From positions 96,001 through 160,000 of the forward strand of contig CBDCTJ010000003.1 in the NCBI GenBank assembly GCA_965222115.1: a stretch of DNA of 64,000 nt. Direction: 5' to 3'. Both the position numbers and the translations under genes were made by a program. The DNA comes from Planctomycetota bacterium (GTDB lineage: Bacteria > Planctomycetota > PLA2 > JAEUHO01). Shown in pieces: positions 10,576-19,789 of this stretch (the first letter of the stretch is position 1; each line of letters starts with the position of its first letter). The notes beneath the pieces were generated by a model, which saw nothing but the letters and a program-made list of their open reading frames with translations, was not told the DNA's origin and did not search any database.

Positions 10576-11235
10576 ATGCCAACCATCATCGACAAGGGCA
10601 TCCTCGGCCTCAAGCTTGGCATGACGCGCGTATTCCTCGAGGACGGCACGGCCATGGCCTGCACACTCGTGGAGGCGGGCCCCTGCAAAGTTGTGCAACG
10701 CAAGACCTTGGCAAGCGACGGGTACGACGCCATTCAGCTTGGCTTTGGCGAGAAGCGCGAAAAGCTTGTCAGCAAGCCTATGAAGGGGCACTACAAGAAG
10801 GCTGGGGTCGATGCACTGCGACACATTCGCGAAGTGCGACTCGTGAGCGATGCAGAGAACGCGCCGGAAGTCGGTTCAAGCATTACCTGCGATATCTTTT
10901 CCGAAGGTGAGTACGTGGATGTCATTGGCACCATGAAAGGCCGAGGGTTTGCCGGTGTCGTCAAGCGCCATGGATTTGCAACACTCAAAGAGTCTCATGG
11001 TTCTCACTTCTTTGTGCGTCACGCGGGTTCCATTGGTAGCCGTAAGCCGCAGCACACGTTGCGCGGAACACGCATGGGTGGGCAGTACGGCAACAGCCGT
11101 ATCACGGTCCAGAACCTCGAAATCTTGCGAGTGGATGCCGAAAAGAACCTGCTCTACATCAAGGGTGCGATTCCTGGTGCCCCCAAAGGCCTAGTGCTGA
11201 TTCGGACCGCGAAGAAGAAGACCGCGAAAGCGTAG
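10576..11235 (+). CDS. rplC: 50S ribosomal protein L3
   Basis: GILGLKLGMT, DGYDAIQLG, VDVIGTMKGRGFAGVVKRHGF, LLYIKGAIPG; ATG 10576 after GGAG. Confidence 0.95.
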   Translation: MPTIIDKGILGLKLGMTRVFLEDGTAMACTLVEAGPCKVVQRKTLASDGYDAIQLGFGEKREKLVSKPMKGHYKKAGVDALRHIREVRLVSDAENAPEVGSSITCDIFSEGEYVDVIGTMKGRGFAGVVKRHGFATLKESHGSHFFVRHAGSIGSRKPQHTLRGTRMGGQYGNSRITVQNLEILRVDAEKNLLYIKGAIPGAPKGLVLIRTAKKKTAKA

Positions 11236-11297
11236 TGTTCAATCTGCTTGGTGGAAGATCGAATCTTGCATCGCAATACGACGAGCGTGATCGAGAG

Positions 11298-11981
11298 TTA
11301 GATTCCCGTCAAAAGCCGGTTCTTCACGTAGTTCACGCCTTTGGCTGTGAGCGACCACAGTTCGTCTTCGTCGGCGTCCACTTCCAACCAGCGCTTGCGC
11401 GTGGTGAGATCGGCAAGGGTCTCACTCAGTCCGTCGGGCTCCGGCAGATGAAGTGTACGAAAGAAGCCTCGTAGTTCTTCGGCGTCAAAGCGCTCCTGTT
11501 TCTCATAGTTCCACAGATAGAACGCAAAGGCCATGATGCGGCGCTCGTCGGTCGACGCGCGCTCGCCAATCTGCATGACGTACTGGCGGAATCGATCGGG
11601 CGCCTGGGGCACAAACTCATTCGTGGGATTGCGTGTTTCAACACCCAATTCAGCAGGCGACGACGCAACCCCATTGGCGGACTCGGGTAAACGTGCTGAG
11701 CCCTCGTCGGTGGCGACCGAGGCGTCCTCCACCCGCAATCGATTGGCAGGCTCGGCAGCGGCCACATCCTCGCGCACAGCGTGCGTGCCGCCCTCGCGTG
11801 ATGACCCGAGGGGCGCAGCGCTTTCAGTCGCTTCCTCCCTTTGCTTGCTCACGGAGCGACGAGCCGCGAGCTGGTAGGTCGCGGTGACAAGCGGCTCGAT
11901 GAGGCGCGCATAGAACGCCTGACTACCCTCAAAGGCCAGGTGCACCCCGCCCATGTCCACGCGGACGTTGACTTCGGCCAT
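11298..11981 (-). CDS. Hypothetical protein with C-terminal winged-helix-like region
   Basis: AGGGAG RBS before ATG 11981; C-terminal WSLTAKGVNYV wHTH-like wing motif. Confidence 0.6.
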   Translation of the reverse strand: MAEVNVRVDMGGVHLAFEGSQAFYARLIEPLVTATYQLAARRSVSKQREEATESAAPLGSSREGGTHAVREDVAAAEPANRLRVEDASVATDEGSARLPESANGVASSPAELGVETRNPTNEFVPQAPDRFRQYVMQIGERASTDERRIMAFAFYLWNYEKQERFDAEELRGFFRTLHLPEPDGLSETLADLTTRKRWLEVDADEDELWSLTAKGVNYVKNRLLTGI

Positions 11982-12192
11982 GGTTTGAAAACTCCCTGAA
12001 GCGACGTCGCGGGCGGAGCCACGCGCTGCTTCCTTCCGTGCATTCCAGAGTACCCGCGCGTTCCCGCGCAGGTGGACTCGCACAGACCCATATTTTCCCA
12101 TTCGTGCCGCGAGTGTAAGCTCTTTGTTCCCTTGCAATTAGGACCGCCTCCTCGCATTCTTGCCCTCCCCCGGAGGTAGACCAAAGGCACGC

Positions 12193-13134
12193 ATGCGCGA
12201 ATTTCCCTGGCCCGAAATGAAGTCTGAGCGGCGTCCTAACAAGACGCTTCGGTCAATCTTGGACTACCTCCATTGGATCGCGGGTGAATTGCTCACACCG
12301 GGGTTTTACTCGGGCTCCATTCGGATGCACTGGGCGCGTCAAGTTGAGAAGGCCTATCGAGCCATGTTCATCCCCATGATGGTGGACCATGGCGATCCGT
12401 ATCCGCCGGCCGTCCCCGCCGCCGTCAATCCGGGCACATGGCCTGACTTTCCAAGCGCTTCGATTCCGGGCATGACGCTTCGCCACCAAATCTCTGTGTT
12501 GCACCGGGTTTTCGAGGATCTCCGTGACCGAACGACACCGTTGTTGCGCCCGCGACACGTTCGGGAGTGGGATCGACGCCTCTCGTTGGCGTACGAAGCG
12601 CTTTGGCACGGCGAAGCCCACACGATGCCTGATGAGGCCAAGACGGAGACCAAGGACCACGGCATCAAACAGGCGCGCAAAGTCAACGCCTCCGCCAAGG
12701 CCTTGGCGGAAAAGCGCGCGGCCGAGATGCGCAAGAGCATGACGGGAAAGTTCCAGCCCGCGTCGGTCGAACTCAAAAAGCAGGAAGCTGCGCGTCTTGC
12801 CGCCCAGCGTCGGGAGGCGGCCAAGCTAGAAGCCGCAGCAGCAAAGAAAAAGGCCGCGAAGAAGCGATCACCTAGGAAGAAAAAAGTAGCCAAGAAGGCT
12901 GCTAAGAAGAAGATCGCGAAGAAAGCAACGTCTAGCAAGAAGGCCAAAGCAAAGGGCGCGGCGAAGAAGCCTGCTGCCAAGAAGAAGGCCGTCAAGAAGA
13001 AGGCCCCAAAGAAAGTTGCGAAAAAGACGTCGAAGAAACGTGCCGCGCTAAAGAAGAACGCTGCGGTGAAGAAGCGCGCAGCATCCAAGAAAAAGGCAGC
13101 GAAGCGCAAGACGACTAGAAAGACGAAGAGCTAG
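12193..13134 (+). CDS. Protein with globular N-terminus and histone H1-like Lys/Ala-rich tail
   Basis: About 110-aa tail of KKAAKK/KKPAAKK repeats. Confidence 0.75.
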   Translation: MREFPWPEMKSERRPNKTLRSILDYLHWIAGELLTPGFYSGSIRMHWARQVEKAYRAMFIPMMVDHGDPYPPAVPAAVNPGTWPDFPSASIPGMTLRHQISVLHRVFEDLRDRTTPLLRPRHVREWDRRLSLAYEALWHGEAHTMPDEAKTETKDHGIKQARKVNASAKALAEKRAAEMRKSMTGKFQPASVELKKQEAARLAAQRREAAKLEAAAAKKKAAKKRSPRKKKVAKKAAKKKIAKKATSSKKAKAKGAAKKPAAKKKAVKKKAPKKVAKKTSKKRAALKKNAAVKKRAASKKKAAKRKTTRKTKS

Positions 13135-14075
13135 CTGGCGAGCCCCAACGACTTCAGATCTTTGTTTTCAAGCGGGCGGACGAACGCCATGGTGAGCAAG
13201 AGATCGTCCCCTTTGCCGCCATACTCGACGCCGCACACGCGCATAAGGCCCGACCAAAGTTCACGCACTTGGCTTCGCGCCGTGAACTGTACAACTTCCC
13301 CATACGTCTCGGCAAACTCGTAGGCCGCACGCATCAAGGCTCCCTCACCCTCTTCCACATCCAACCTGCGCAGGCCATCGGTTACGCGCACAAGAATCGC
13401 GTGAGGGGTCAAGGTATCGGTAACGCACTCCAAGCGAGGTCCCACCTGATCGCGTCGGTGGGTGATGGTGCCGGCGAAACTCTGTCGGGGTCGCGCAACA
13501 ATCAAGCGCTTGCCCTTGTTCGCGACGTCGGCATCGTCTTCAATGTTGATTGTTCGCTCGTGATCGGGACGCGACACATCTTTGACCCCCTCGGCAACAT
13601 CATGCGCGCGAGGAAGTTTGGACCATTCAAGGGGTCGCCGGGGTGCTTCTGGATCCGTGGCGGCCGGGAGGGCGACTCCAATTCGGCCCGCCTCTGCCTG
13701 GGAGAGGGCGTCCGAAAACGCGCAACCCAGATCGATGAAACCGGGCGCGTCATTTGGGATCGACATCCGTACCAAAATGAGCTCACGGGAGACTGCATCG
13801 CCGTGGGTATCGCCCCCGCCAAGTCGAGCGTCGAGACGCGATCCGAATGTGGTGGAGATGGCGCTCGCGACATCCGCGAGGCCGCGCTGCCCACTAACAC
13901 CGAGGTCTTCGACGCTCACGCGAATGCGCGCGCCGCGATGGCTAACATCACGCAAGCGCACTTGGTAGTCCCCACCCGAAGCCAGGATCAGGGCGGGAAT
14001 ATCGCAGAGGATGCGGTCACTGCCGCGCTGGGAAAGCATGGAATAGCCCACGGGAAACTCCGAATCGGGAGGCAA
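13131..14075 (-). CDS. PilZ-like domain protein
   Basis: RGSDR...LRDVSHRGARI (RxxxR / DxSxxG); paralog of 55830..56588. Confidence 0.65.
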   Translation of the reverse strand: MPPDSEFPVGYSMLSQRGSDRILCDIPALILASGGDYQVRLRDVSHRGARIRVSVEDLGVSGQRGLADVASAISTTFGSRLDARLGGGDTHGDAVSRELILVRMSIPNDAPGFIDLGCAFSDALSQAEAGRIGVALPAATDPEAPRRPLEWSKLPRAHDVAEGVKDVSRPDHERTINIEDDADVANKGKRLIVARPRQSFAGTITHRRDQVGPRLECVTDTLTPHAILVRVTDGLRRLDVEEGEGALMRAAYEFAETYGEVVQFTARSQVRELWSGLMRVCGVEYGGKGDDLLLTMAFVRPLENKDLKSLGLAS

Positions 14076-14154
14076 GACGCCGTGCTCCCCTATCGGCCAG
14101 ATTCCCTTCCGGGCGTGAGTGCGGCGCCGTGGCGGCCCTTCCGAACGGATGAGC

Positions 14155-15300
14155 CTACTTTTTGGTGAACATCAAAAAGGTATTGTTCTCGTGAACGTCG
14201 GCCGTGTCGGTGCCCTCGCGAATCGGCAAGAACTCACATTCTTCGGAATGGTAGTAGCGCGCGTCCAAGTCTAGATACTCGGCCATGGCCGTGATCGTGG
14301 GGGCTTGCCAACCAATCCATCCGTCATAGTTAAACAACACACGGCGGTCTTCTTTGTCCCACGTGACCAATTCGAAATCCATCTCGTTGGTGAGGGGGTT
14401 GCACGGCGACGACTCGCCGTCTTCCAATGCGACTTTGAACCCGGCGGCCCTTTGCTCCTTGCGCGTGAGTTTATCGATCTCCGGCTCCTCGGCCATCGTG
14501 TAGGGCTCGGCGACCTCAACCATGAGGTAGTCCGTATAGGTCGTCCCCCACTGAAGGATCGACATGAGTTCTTTCACGTTGAAGAAATTTTGGCTCTGCT
14601 TACCCACGTAGCTAAGTGACTTGCCTTCCGACGCCTCGCGAACCTCTTTCCACGTCTGCTCGTGCACCGCATTGCCAATGATGTAGGTGTACTCGGAACC
14701 CGGCAGCCACTGGCGCGAGGCAACATGACGTTCGGCGTCCTTGTCCAAGTCAAACATTACGTACTTGAAGTTGGGGCGATGAAAGTGACCGGAGTAACAG
14801 AACTCCGCTGTCCCCGCCAATGGCTCCACGACCGTCTTGACGTCACGGCAATGATCGGTGAGCAGGAAGTCCTCGATGGAATAGTCCCACGTTCCGAGCA
14901 CGGACGAATACACCATGTAGGGATCCAGCGCTTCCAATCCACCTTCTTGGTAGGCCGTGATGTAGTCGTAGTCTTCCACAAAGGGTGAATCGAAGCACTT
15001 CATCCAGCATTCTTCGCCGAAATCGTGAAATCCGCGCTTTGCAATGGTTTTCCAGTAATCCAGTTTGTTGGCTTTGCCCTTGATCTTGACGTTATTGGCC
15101 TCGAAGCCGCGTCGTACCAACGGATGGATGCGCGTAATAAGTGCCGCCAACTCGTCGGTGGGAAGACGTCCAAGATTGGCATCGCCCTTCATTTCGATCC
15201 AATCGGGCTTCTGTCGACCGCCACTCTCAATCTGCTTGAGCAAGGCATCGAGCCCGCGCATGCTTCGAACTTTTTCCGTGTCGTACGTAATCTCTGCCAC
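14155..15300 (-). CDS. Hypothetical protein, possible SAM-dependent methyltransferase fold
   Basis: CAGGAG RBS before GTG 15300; VVEPLAGTAEF / VMFDLD / IIGNA resemble class I MTase motifs I-III. Confidence 0.55.
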   Translation of the reverse strand: MAEITYDTEKVRSMRGLDALLKQIESGGRQKPDWIEMKGDANLGRLPTDELAALITRIHPLVRRGFEANNVKIKGKANKLDYWKTIAKRGFHDFGEECWMKCFDSPFVEDYDYITAYQEGGLEALDPYMVYSSVLGTWDYSIEDFLLTDHCRDVKTVVEPLAGTAEFCYSGHFHRPNFKYVMFDLDKDAERHVASRQWLPGSEYTYIIGNAVHEQTWKEVREASEGKSLSYVGKQSQNFFNVKELMSILQWGTTYTDYLMVEVAEPYTMAEEPEIDKLTRKEQRAAGFKVALEDGESSPCNPLTNEMDFELVTWDKEDRRVLFNYDGWIGWQAPTITAMAEYLDLDARYYHSEECEFLPIREGTDTADVHENNTFLMFTKK

Positions 15301-15444
15301 AGAAGACTCCTGGGCGTCCCACACGCACGTGGGATGCGGCGAGAGTGTCGGAGCGCGCGCGGTGAGTTGCAAGAAAAGGGGGGCACAACTTCACGTGTCA
15401 ATTCAAGACGGTTGGGGCGGGTGGTGCGATGTAGGATTCCCGCC

Positions 15445-16227
15445 ATGCATCGATCACTTGAAGGACAGGTCGCACTGGTCACCGGCAGCACGCGCGGCAT
15501 TGGCAAAGCCATCGCGCTGCGTCTTGCCCACGCCGGCTGCCACCTCATGATTCATGGTCGCGCGCACAGCGCGTATGCCTCAGAAACCGTTGATGCGGTC
15601 AAAGCGTTGGGCGTGAAGGTGGCATTCGCCCCTGCCGATGTGGGCAACAAGGACGACGTCCGTACGCTGATGGACGTCGTCAAATCCACCTTTGGGCGCC
15701 TGGATGTGCTCGTGCTCAATGCGGCGCGCGCGCCCTTCAAGACGAGCGACAAACTTCTCGAACGCGACTTACGCCAGTTGGTTGCCACCAACTTTCTCGG
15801 CCCCCACTTCTGCGTTCAACTCGGCCTTCCCCTCCTGCGTGACGACACCGTCACGCGAGACCGTCAAGGTCGCATTGTGTTCATTTCGAGCCTGGGTTCG
15901 CGATACATGAACGAGAAGTACCCACTCGGTGCCATGAAGGCCGCCATGGAGGCGCAAGTACGACAGTGGGACGAGGAGTTTCGCGATTTCGGTGTTCGCG
16001 CCAACGCGGTTTGCGCGGGCCTCGTGAAAACCGACGCCTACAAGACGTTGCGGCGGCTCTGGGATGAGTTGGCGCGCTTGCCGGAGCCGTTTTTCGTGCA
16101 ACCCGAGCAGGTGGCGTCCGCCGTCGCCTTCCTGGCCGGCCCCGAGAGCGACGCCGTTCGTGGCCAAACCCTGGTCGTGGACCAGGGGCTGAGCAATCGT
16201 CTCATGCGCCCTCTGCCCGACGCGTAG
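15445..16227 (+). CDS. SDR enoyl-ACP reductase (FabL-like)
   Basis: TGSTRGIG, LVLNAA, ISSLGS, YPLGAMK, VDQG. Confidence 0.75.
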   Translation: MHRSLEGQVALVTGSTRGIGKAIALRLAHAGCHLMIHGRAHSAYASETVDAVKALGVKVAFAPADVGNKDDVRTLMDVVKSTFGRLDVLVLNAARAPFKTSDKLLERDLRQLVATNFLGPHFCVQLGLPLLRDDTVTRDRQGRIVFISSLGSRYMNEKYPLGAMKAAMEAQVRQWDEEFRDFGVRANAVCAGLVKTDAYKTLRRLWDELARLPEPFFVQPEQVASAVAFLAGPESDAVRGQTLVVDQGLSNRLMRPLPDA

Positions 16228-16323
16228 CGGCCCGGGAACAAACCGCGTCCCAAGCAATCGATAGGTGGATGTTGCATTGGCCTCCACGGGTGGTTTCATA
16301 CCCCTCGTTTCCCGGAGGTCCTT

Positions 16324-16896
16324 ATGGCCAACGCCCTCATCACCCGCGAGCGCATCGATACCGAAGTGCGCCAAGCCATTGCCACGACACTGCGCAAAGA
16401 GGCCGACGCCATCGATATGAATGCTTCGATCAAGAGCGCGTTGGGGGCCACGTCGCTCGATTTCCTCGACATCAACTTTCGCCTTGAGAACACATTTGGC
16501 GTGCGCTTGGCCAGCCAAATGCTGGTTGACCATGTGGAAGAAGAGTTCGGCGAGGGCATCGCCGTGGACCGCGACGACAAACTCACGGAGAGTGCGGCGA
16601 CGCTAATGCGCATGTACCTCGGTGACAACGACGACCTAAAAGCAGGCATGTTTCGCGATGAGATTCCGGACTTGGTTACTCCCAAAATCATTGCCGAAAG
16701 TGTCGAAGCCATCGTCGGTGAACTACCGGAGGCTTGTCCTTCTTGTGGTGCCTCGTCATGGGGATCTGCGGACGGCGCGAAGGTCATCTGCACGAACTGC
16801 AACAAAGACGCGGCCTACCCCGACGGCGACGAGTTGACCAAACGCTGGATTCACAAGGTCCAGAACGAACGTAAGCTCTTCGCGCTCGACGCATAG
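16324..16896 (+). CDS. Extended acyl carrier protein with C-terminal CxxC...CxxC Zn-ribbon-like motif
   Basis: LGATSLDFLDINFRLENTFGV phosphopantetheine site; CPSC...CTNC; GGAGG RBS. Confidence 0.8.
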   Translation: MANALITRERIDTEVRQAIATTLRKEADAIDMNASIKSALGATSLDFLDINFRLENTFGVRLASQMLVDHVEEEFGEGIAVDRDDKLTESAATLMRMYLGDNDDLKAGMFRDEIPDLVTPKIIAESVEAIVGELPEACPSCGASSWGSADGAKVICTNCNKDAAYPDGDELTKRWIHKVQNERKLFALDA

Positions 16897-16936
16897 CGCC
16901 GTCGATCGACCAACGAAAGACGGGGCACACCCCACA

Positions 16937-18229
16937 GTGAGCGCCACGCCATCACGATCCGCCGAGCAACGCGTGGTGGTGACGTCATGGGGCATGGTGT
17001 CGTCGGCTGGCGCCACCTTGGACGAGAGTTTCGCCGCCATGCGCGAGGGCCGCTCGGGGATTGGGCATCTCACGCGCTTTACGCCCGAGGGCTTACCGTG
17101 CGGCATCGCGGGCGAGGTAGATGTCGCACGGCTGTCGCCTGAGTGTGCGGATGACGTAGACGCGGGCACTGCGTGGCGGATGTTACGCACGGCTGCCGAA
17201 CAGGCCCACATCCAAGACACGTTGGCCACGCTCCACGTGCGCCCAGAACGCATTGCGGTCTCCATCGGTGGGCACGGCGAGACACCGGCAATGAGCGACA
17301 TTGTGCGGGCTTCGGGTTACGTGCAAGCCGATGACAAGCTTGACGCGGGCGCCTTGGCCGCAGACGCGTCCTACAATTTTCGACAGTTTCGTACGCGCCT
17401 TCCCGATGAAGCGCCCTATCAACTAGCACGCACGCATGGCATTGAAGGTCCGGTAGTCCCCGTCGCGTCTGCATGTGCCGCCGGCACGCACGCAATTGGC
17501 GAAGGCATGCGCATGATTCGCGCGGGCGACGCCGACGTCGTACTTGCGGGCGGTGCCGAACCGCTGCTCTCCTTTGTTTACGTCATGGGCTTTGCAATTC
17601 TCGGTGCCCTCAGTCGCCGCTACACTTCGCCCGAGACGGCCTCGCGCCCCTTCGACCGTAAACGCAACGGCTTTGTGATTGCCGAGGGCGCCGGCGTAAT
17701 GGTGCTGATGTCCCTAGAGCGCGCGCAAAAACACAATCTGCCGGTGCTGGGTGAGATTTTGGGATTCGGTAGCAGCGCCGACTGCTATCGCATTACGGAT
17801 ATGCACCCGGAAGGCGATGGCGCACTTCGCGCCATGCGCGGCGCACTTCGCGATGCGCGGCTCGAGCCGCGTGACGTTGACTACATCAATGCCCACGGAA
17901 CAAGTACACCCATCAACGATCCCGTTGAAACGAAGGCCATTCGGCGTCTATTGGGCGAACGTGCAGACCATGTTCCCGTGTCGTCGAATAAATCGATGAT
18001 CGGTCACACGATTGGCGCGGCGGGCGCCGTCGAAGCGCTCTTAACACTGCGCGGTATGCAGGAGGGCGTGCTCCTACCCACCATCAATCAAGAGTTTCGC
18101 GACCGCAAATGCGACTTGGACTATGTCCCCAATGAAGCGCGTGAGCAAGAACACCGCGTGGCACTCTCCAACTCATTTGGGTTCGGGGGTCAAAACGCGT
18201 GCCTTTGCCTCGGCGCGGCACCGGCATAA
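16937..18229 (+). CDS. Beta-ketoacyl-ACP synthase (FabF-type KS 1)
   Basis: SACAAG, NAHGTST, GHTIGAAG, SNSFGFGGQN; Cys-His-His triad intact. Confidence 0.92.
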   Translation: MSATPSRSAEQRVVVTSWGMVSSAGATLDESFAAMREGRSGIGHLTRFTPEGLPCGIAGEVDVARLSPECADDVDAGTAWRMLRTAAEQAHIQDTLATLHVRPERIAVSIGGHGETPAMSDIVRASGYVQADDKLDAGALAADASYNFRQFRTRLPDEAPYQLARTHGIEGPVVPVASACAAGTHAIGEGMRMIRAGDADVVLAGGAEPLLSFVYVMGFAILGALSRRYTSPETASRPFDRKRNGFVIAEGAGVMVLMSLERAQKHNLPVLGEILGFGSSADCYRITDMHPEGDGALRAMRGALRDARLEPRDVDYINAHGTSTPINDPVETKAIRRLLGERADHVPVSSNKSMIGHTIGAAGAVEALLTLRGMQEGVLLPTINQEFRDRKCDLDYVPNEAREQEHRVALSNSFGFGGQNACLCLGAAPA

Positions 18230-18235
18230 CGCGCA

Positions 18236-19352
18236 ATGACAACGTCTGACGAACCGCCACGTGTTGGCATCGCAGCGACTGCCGTTTGCACGCCCGCCGC
18301 GCGTTCAGTCCCTGCACTGGTCGATCGTCTCAAGCGCGGGCCATCAACCGTCGTTGCCCTGAGTGATTGTGATGTGCCTGCCGGAGCCCCGACCAAGGGC
18401 GCTCGCTTTTCGCCACCCATCCACGTGGATGTTGACGATCCTGAGAAGCGCATCCTTGGTTTTCACGGCACGCTCTTGATGGAACTTGCCGCCGAACTGG
18501 CGCCGCATGTGGAGGCACGTGACCTGGCGCCAGAACGCGTGGGACTCTATGCCGCGCTCGGAATGATCGACGCAAGCCCGCAAGATCTCGAAGCGGCCGC
18601 CAAGACGCTGAAGTCAAACGCAAACGGCGATCCTACGTTTGACGACTTCTTCGATGGTGGCTATCGGACCATTCATCCACTCTGGCCACTCTCCATGCTC
18701 AACAATGTGGCGCTTGGGCAGGTGTCGATTGCATTCAATATCCGTGGGGACAACGCGGTGTTCGCGTCTGGATGGGATAGTGGCGTGCGCGCGCTGCATG
18801 AAGCGACACGCGCAATCCGAATGCATCGCATCGACGCGGCGTATGTGCTTGGTGCGGCACCGCCAATCGACGAACGATCACTTACGCGATTGGCTCTGCT
18901 GCCTCGCGGGGCTCCGAATCCGGGCGAAGGTGCCGCAGGCTGCTTACTTGTAAACAAATCGCTCGCGTCCGTCGCGCACCTGACCGGGTCAGCAACGGCC
19001 TTTGCAGATCCAAGGGGTCACGCCGGAAACAGGCCGCGCGGTAGGTGAAGCGCTACGGCGACGTGCAGTGGGTATCACGACGCCCTTGAAAAGCAGCTCG
19101 CCGGGTCTGGTCATGACGTCGCAAAACGCGTTGAACAACGCCGTCTTGCAGGCGTGGCGTGACTACGAATCGGACGCCGCACTCGACGACCTATGTGGAA
19201 ATCTCGGGCCTGCCGGTGCGCTCCTGTCACTGGCCGTTGCAGTAGAGCGATTGAGCAAAGCGGAAGCGATCGATTCGGCAGTGGACCATGTCTGGATTGT
19301 GGGGGACGATGTGCATGGCGGCGTAGGTGCCGTGCGGGTTGAAGCGTCGTGA
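18236..19352 (+). pseudogene. KS-like/chain-length-factor subunit 1 with apparent frameshift near 19010-19045
   Basis: ORF 18236..19048 (HPLWPLSMLNN, PGEGAA, no catalytic Cys) continues in the +1 frame 19002..19352 (GNLGPAGALLSLA), which ends in a GTGA overlap with the next gene. Confidence 0.7.
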
Positions 19353-19789
19353 GATTCCTCTTATTCGATTCCGTAACGCTGCTCGATCCCGGTAGGCGAA
19401 TTGAAGGCGTGAAGTGCACGTCGATTACCGAGGAATACCTCCGTGGTCACTTTGATCGTTCGCCGCGTATACCGGGCTCACTGATCATTGAATCCATGAT
19501 TCAGTTGCTGGCATGGGCGGCCATTTCCAAGCACGACTACCGAGTGTCGGCTGTACTCACGATTTTGGAGGATGTCACCGTTCCCATCGATGTGGCGCCA
19601 GGCCAAGTACTTAAGCTTATAGGCACACTTCAAGGAACCAATCGCAGCGGATCGGTGGGATCCGCAACAGCGCACATAGGTGAAAGGGAAGTTGCCCGCG
19701 TTGGCCGGGTTGTGTACGGCCACGCACCCCATGCAGACCCCGAAGAACTCAAAGCGCGCTTTCGCTACTTTGGTGGAACCCCAGCATGA
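19349..19789 (+). CDS. FabZ/FabA-like hotdog dehydratase 1
   Basis: MRFLLFD, HFDRSPRIPGSLIIESMIQ. Confidence 0.85.
   Translation: MRFLLFDSVTLLDPGRRIEGVKCTSITEEYLRGHFDRSPRIPGSLIIESMIQLLAWAAISKHDYRVSAVLTILEDVTVPIDVAPGQVLKLIGTLQGTNRSGSVGSATAHIGEREVARVGRVVYGHAPHADPEELKARFRYFGGTPA

Noticed and set aside
12354-13109. Phe/Ala-rich 251-aa minus-strand ORF (also 24008..24820, 39112..40161 and similar)
   Set aside because: Antisense shadows of real genes in high-GC DNA
19046-19048. TGA of CLF1 as a fourth Sec codon
   Set aside because: The in-frame continuation stops again after about 37 codons; the conserved C-terminus is in another frame
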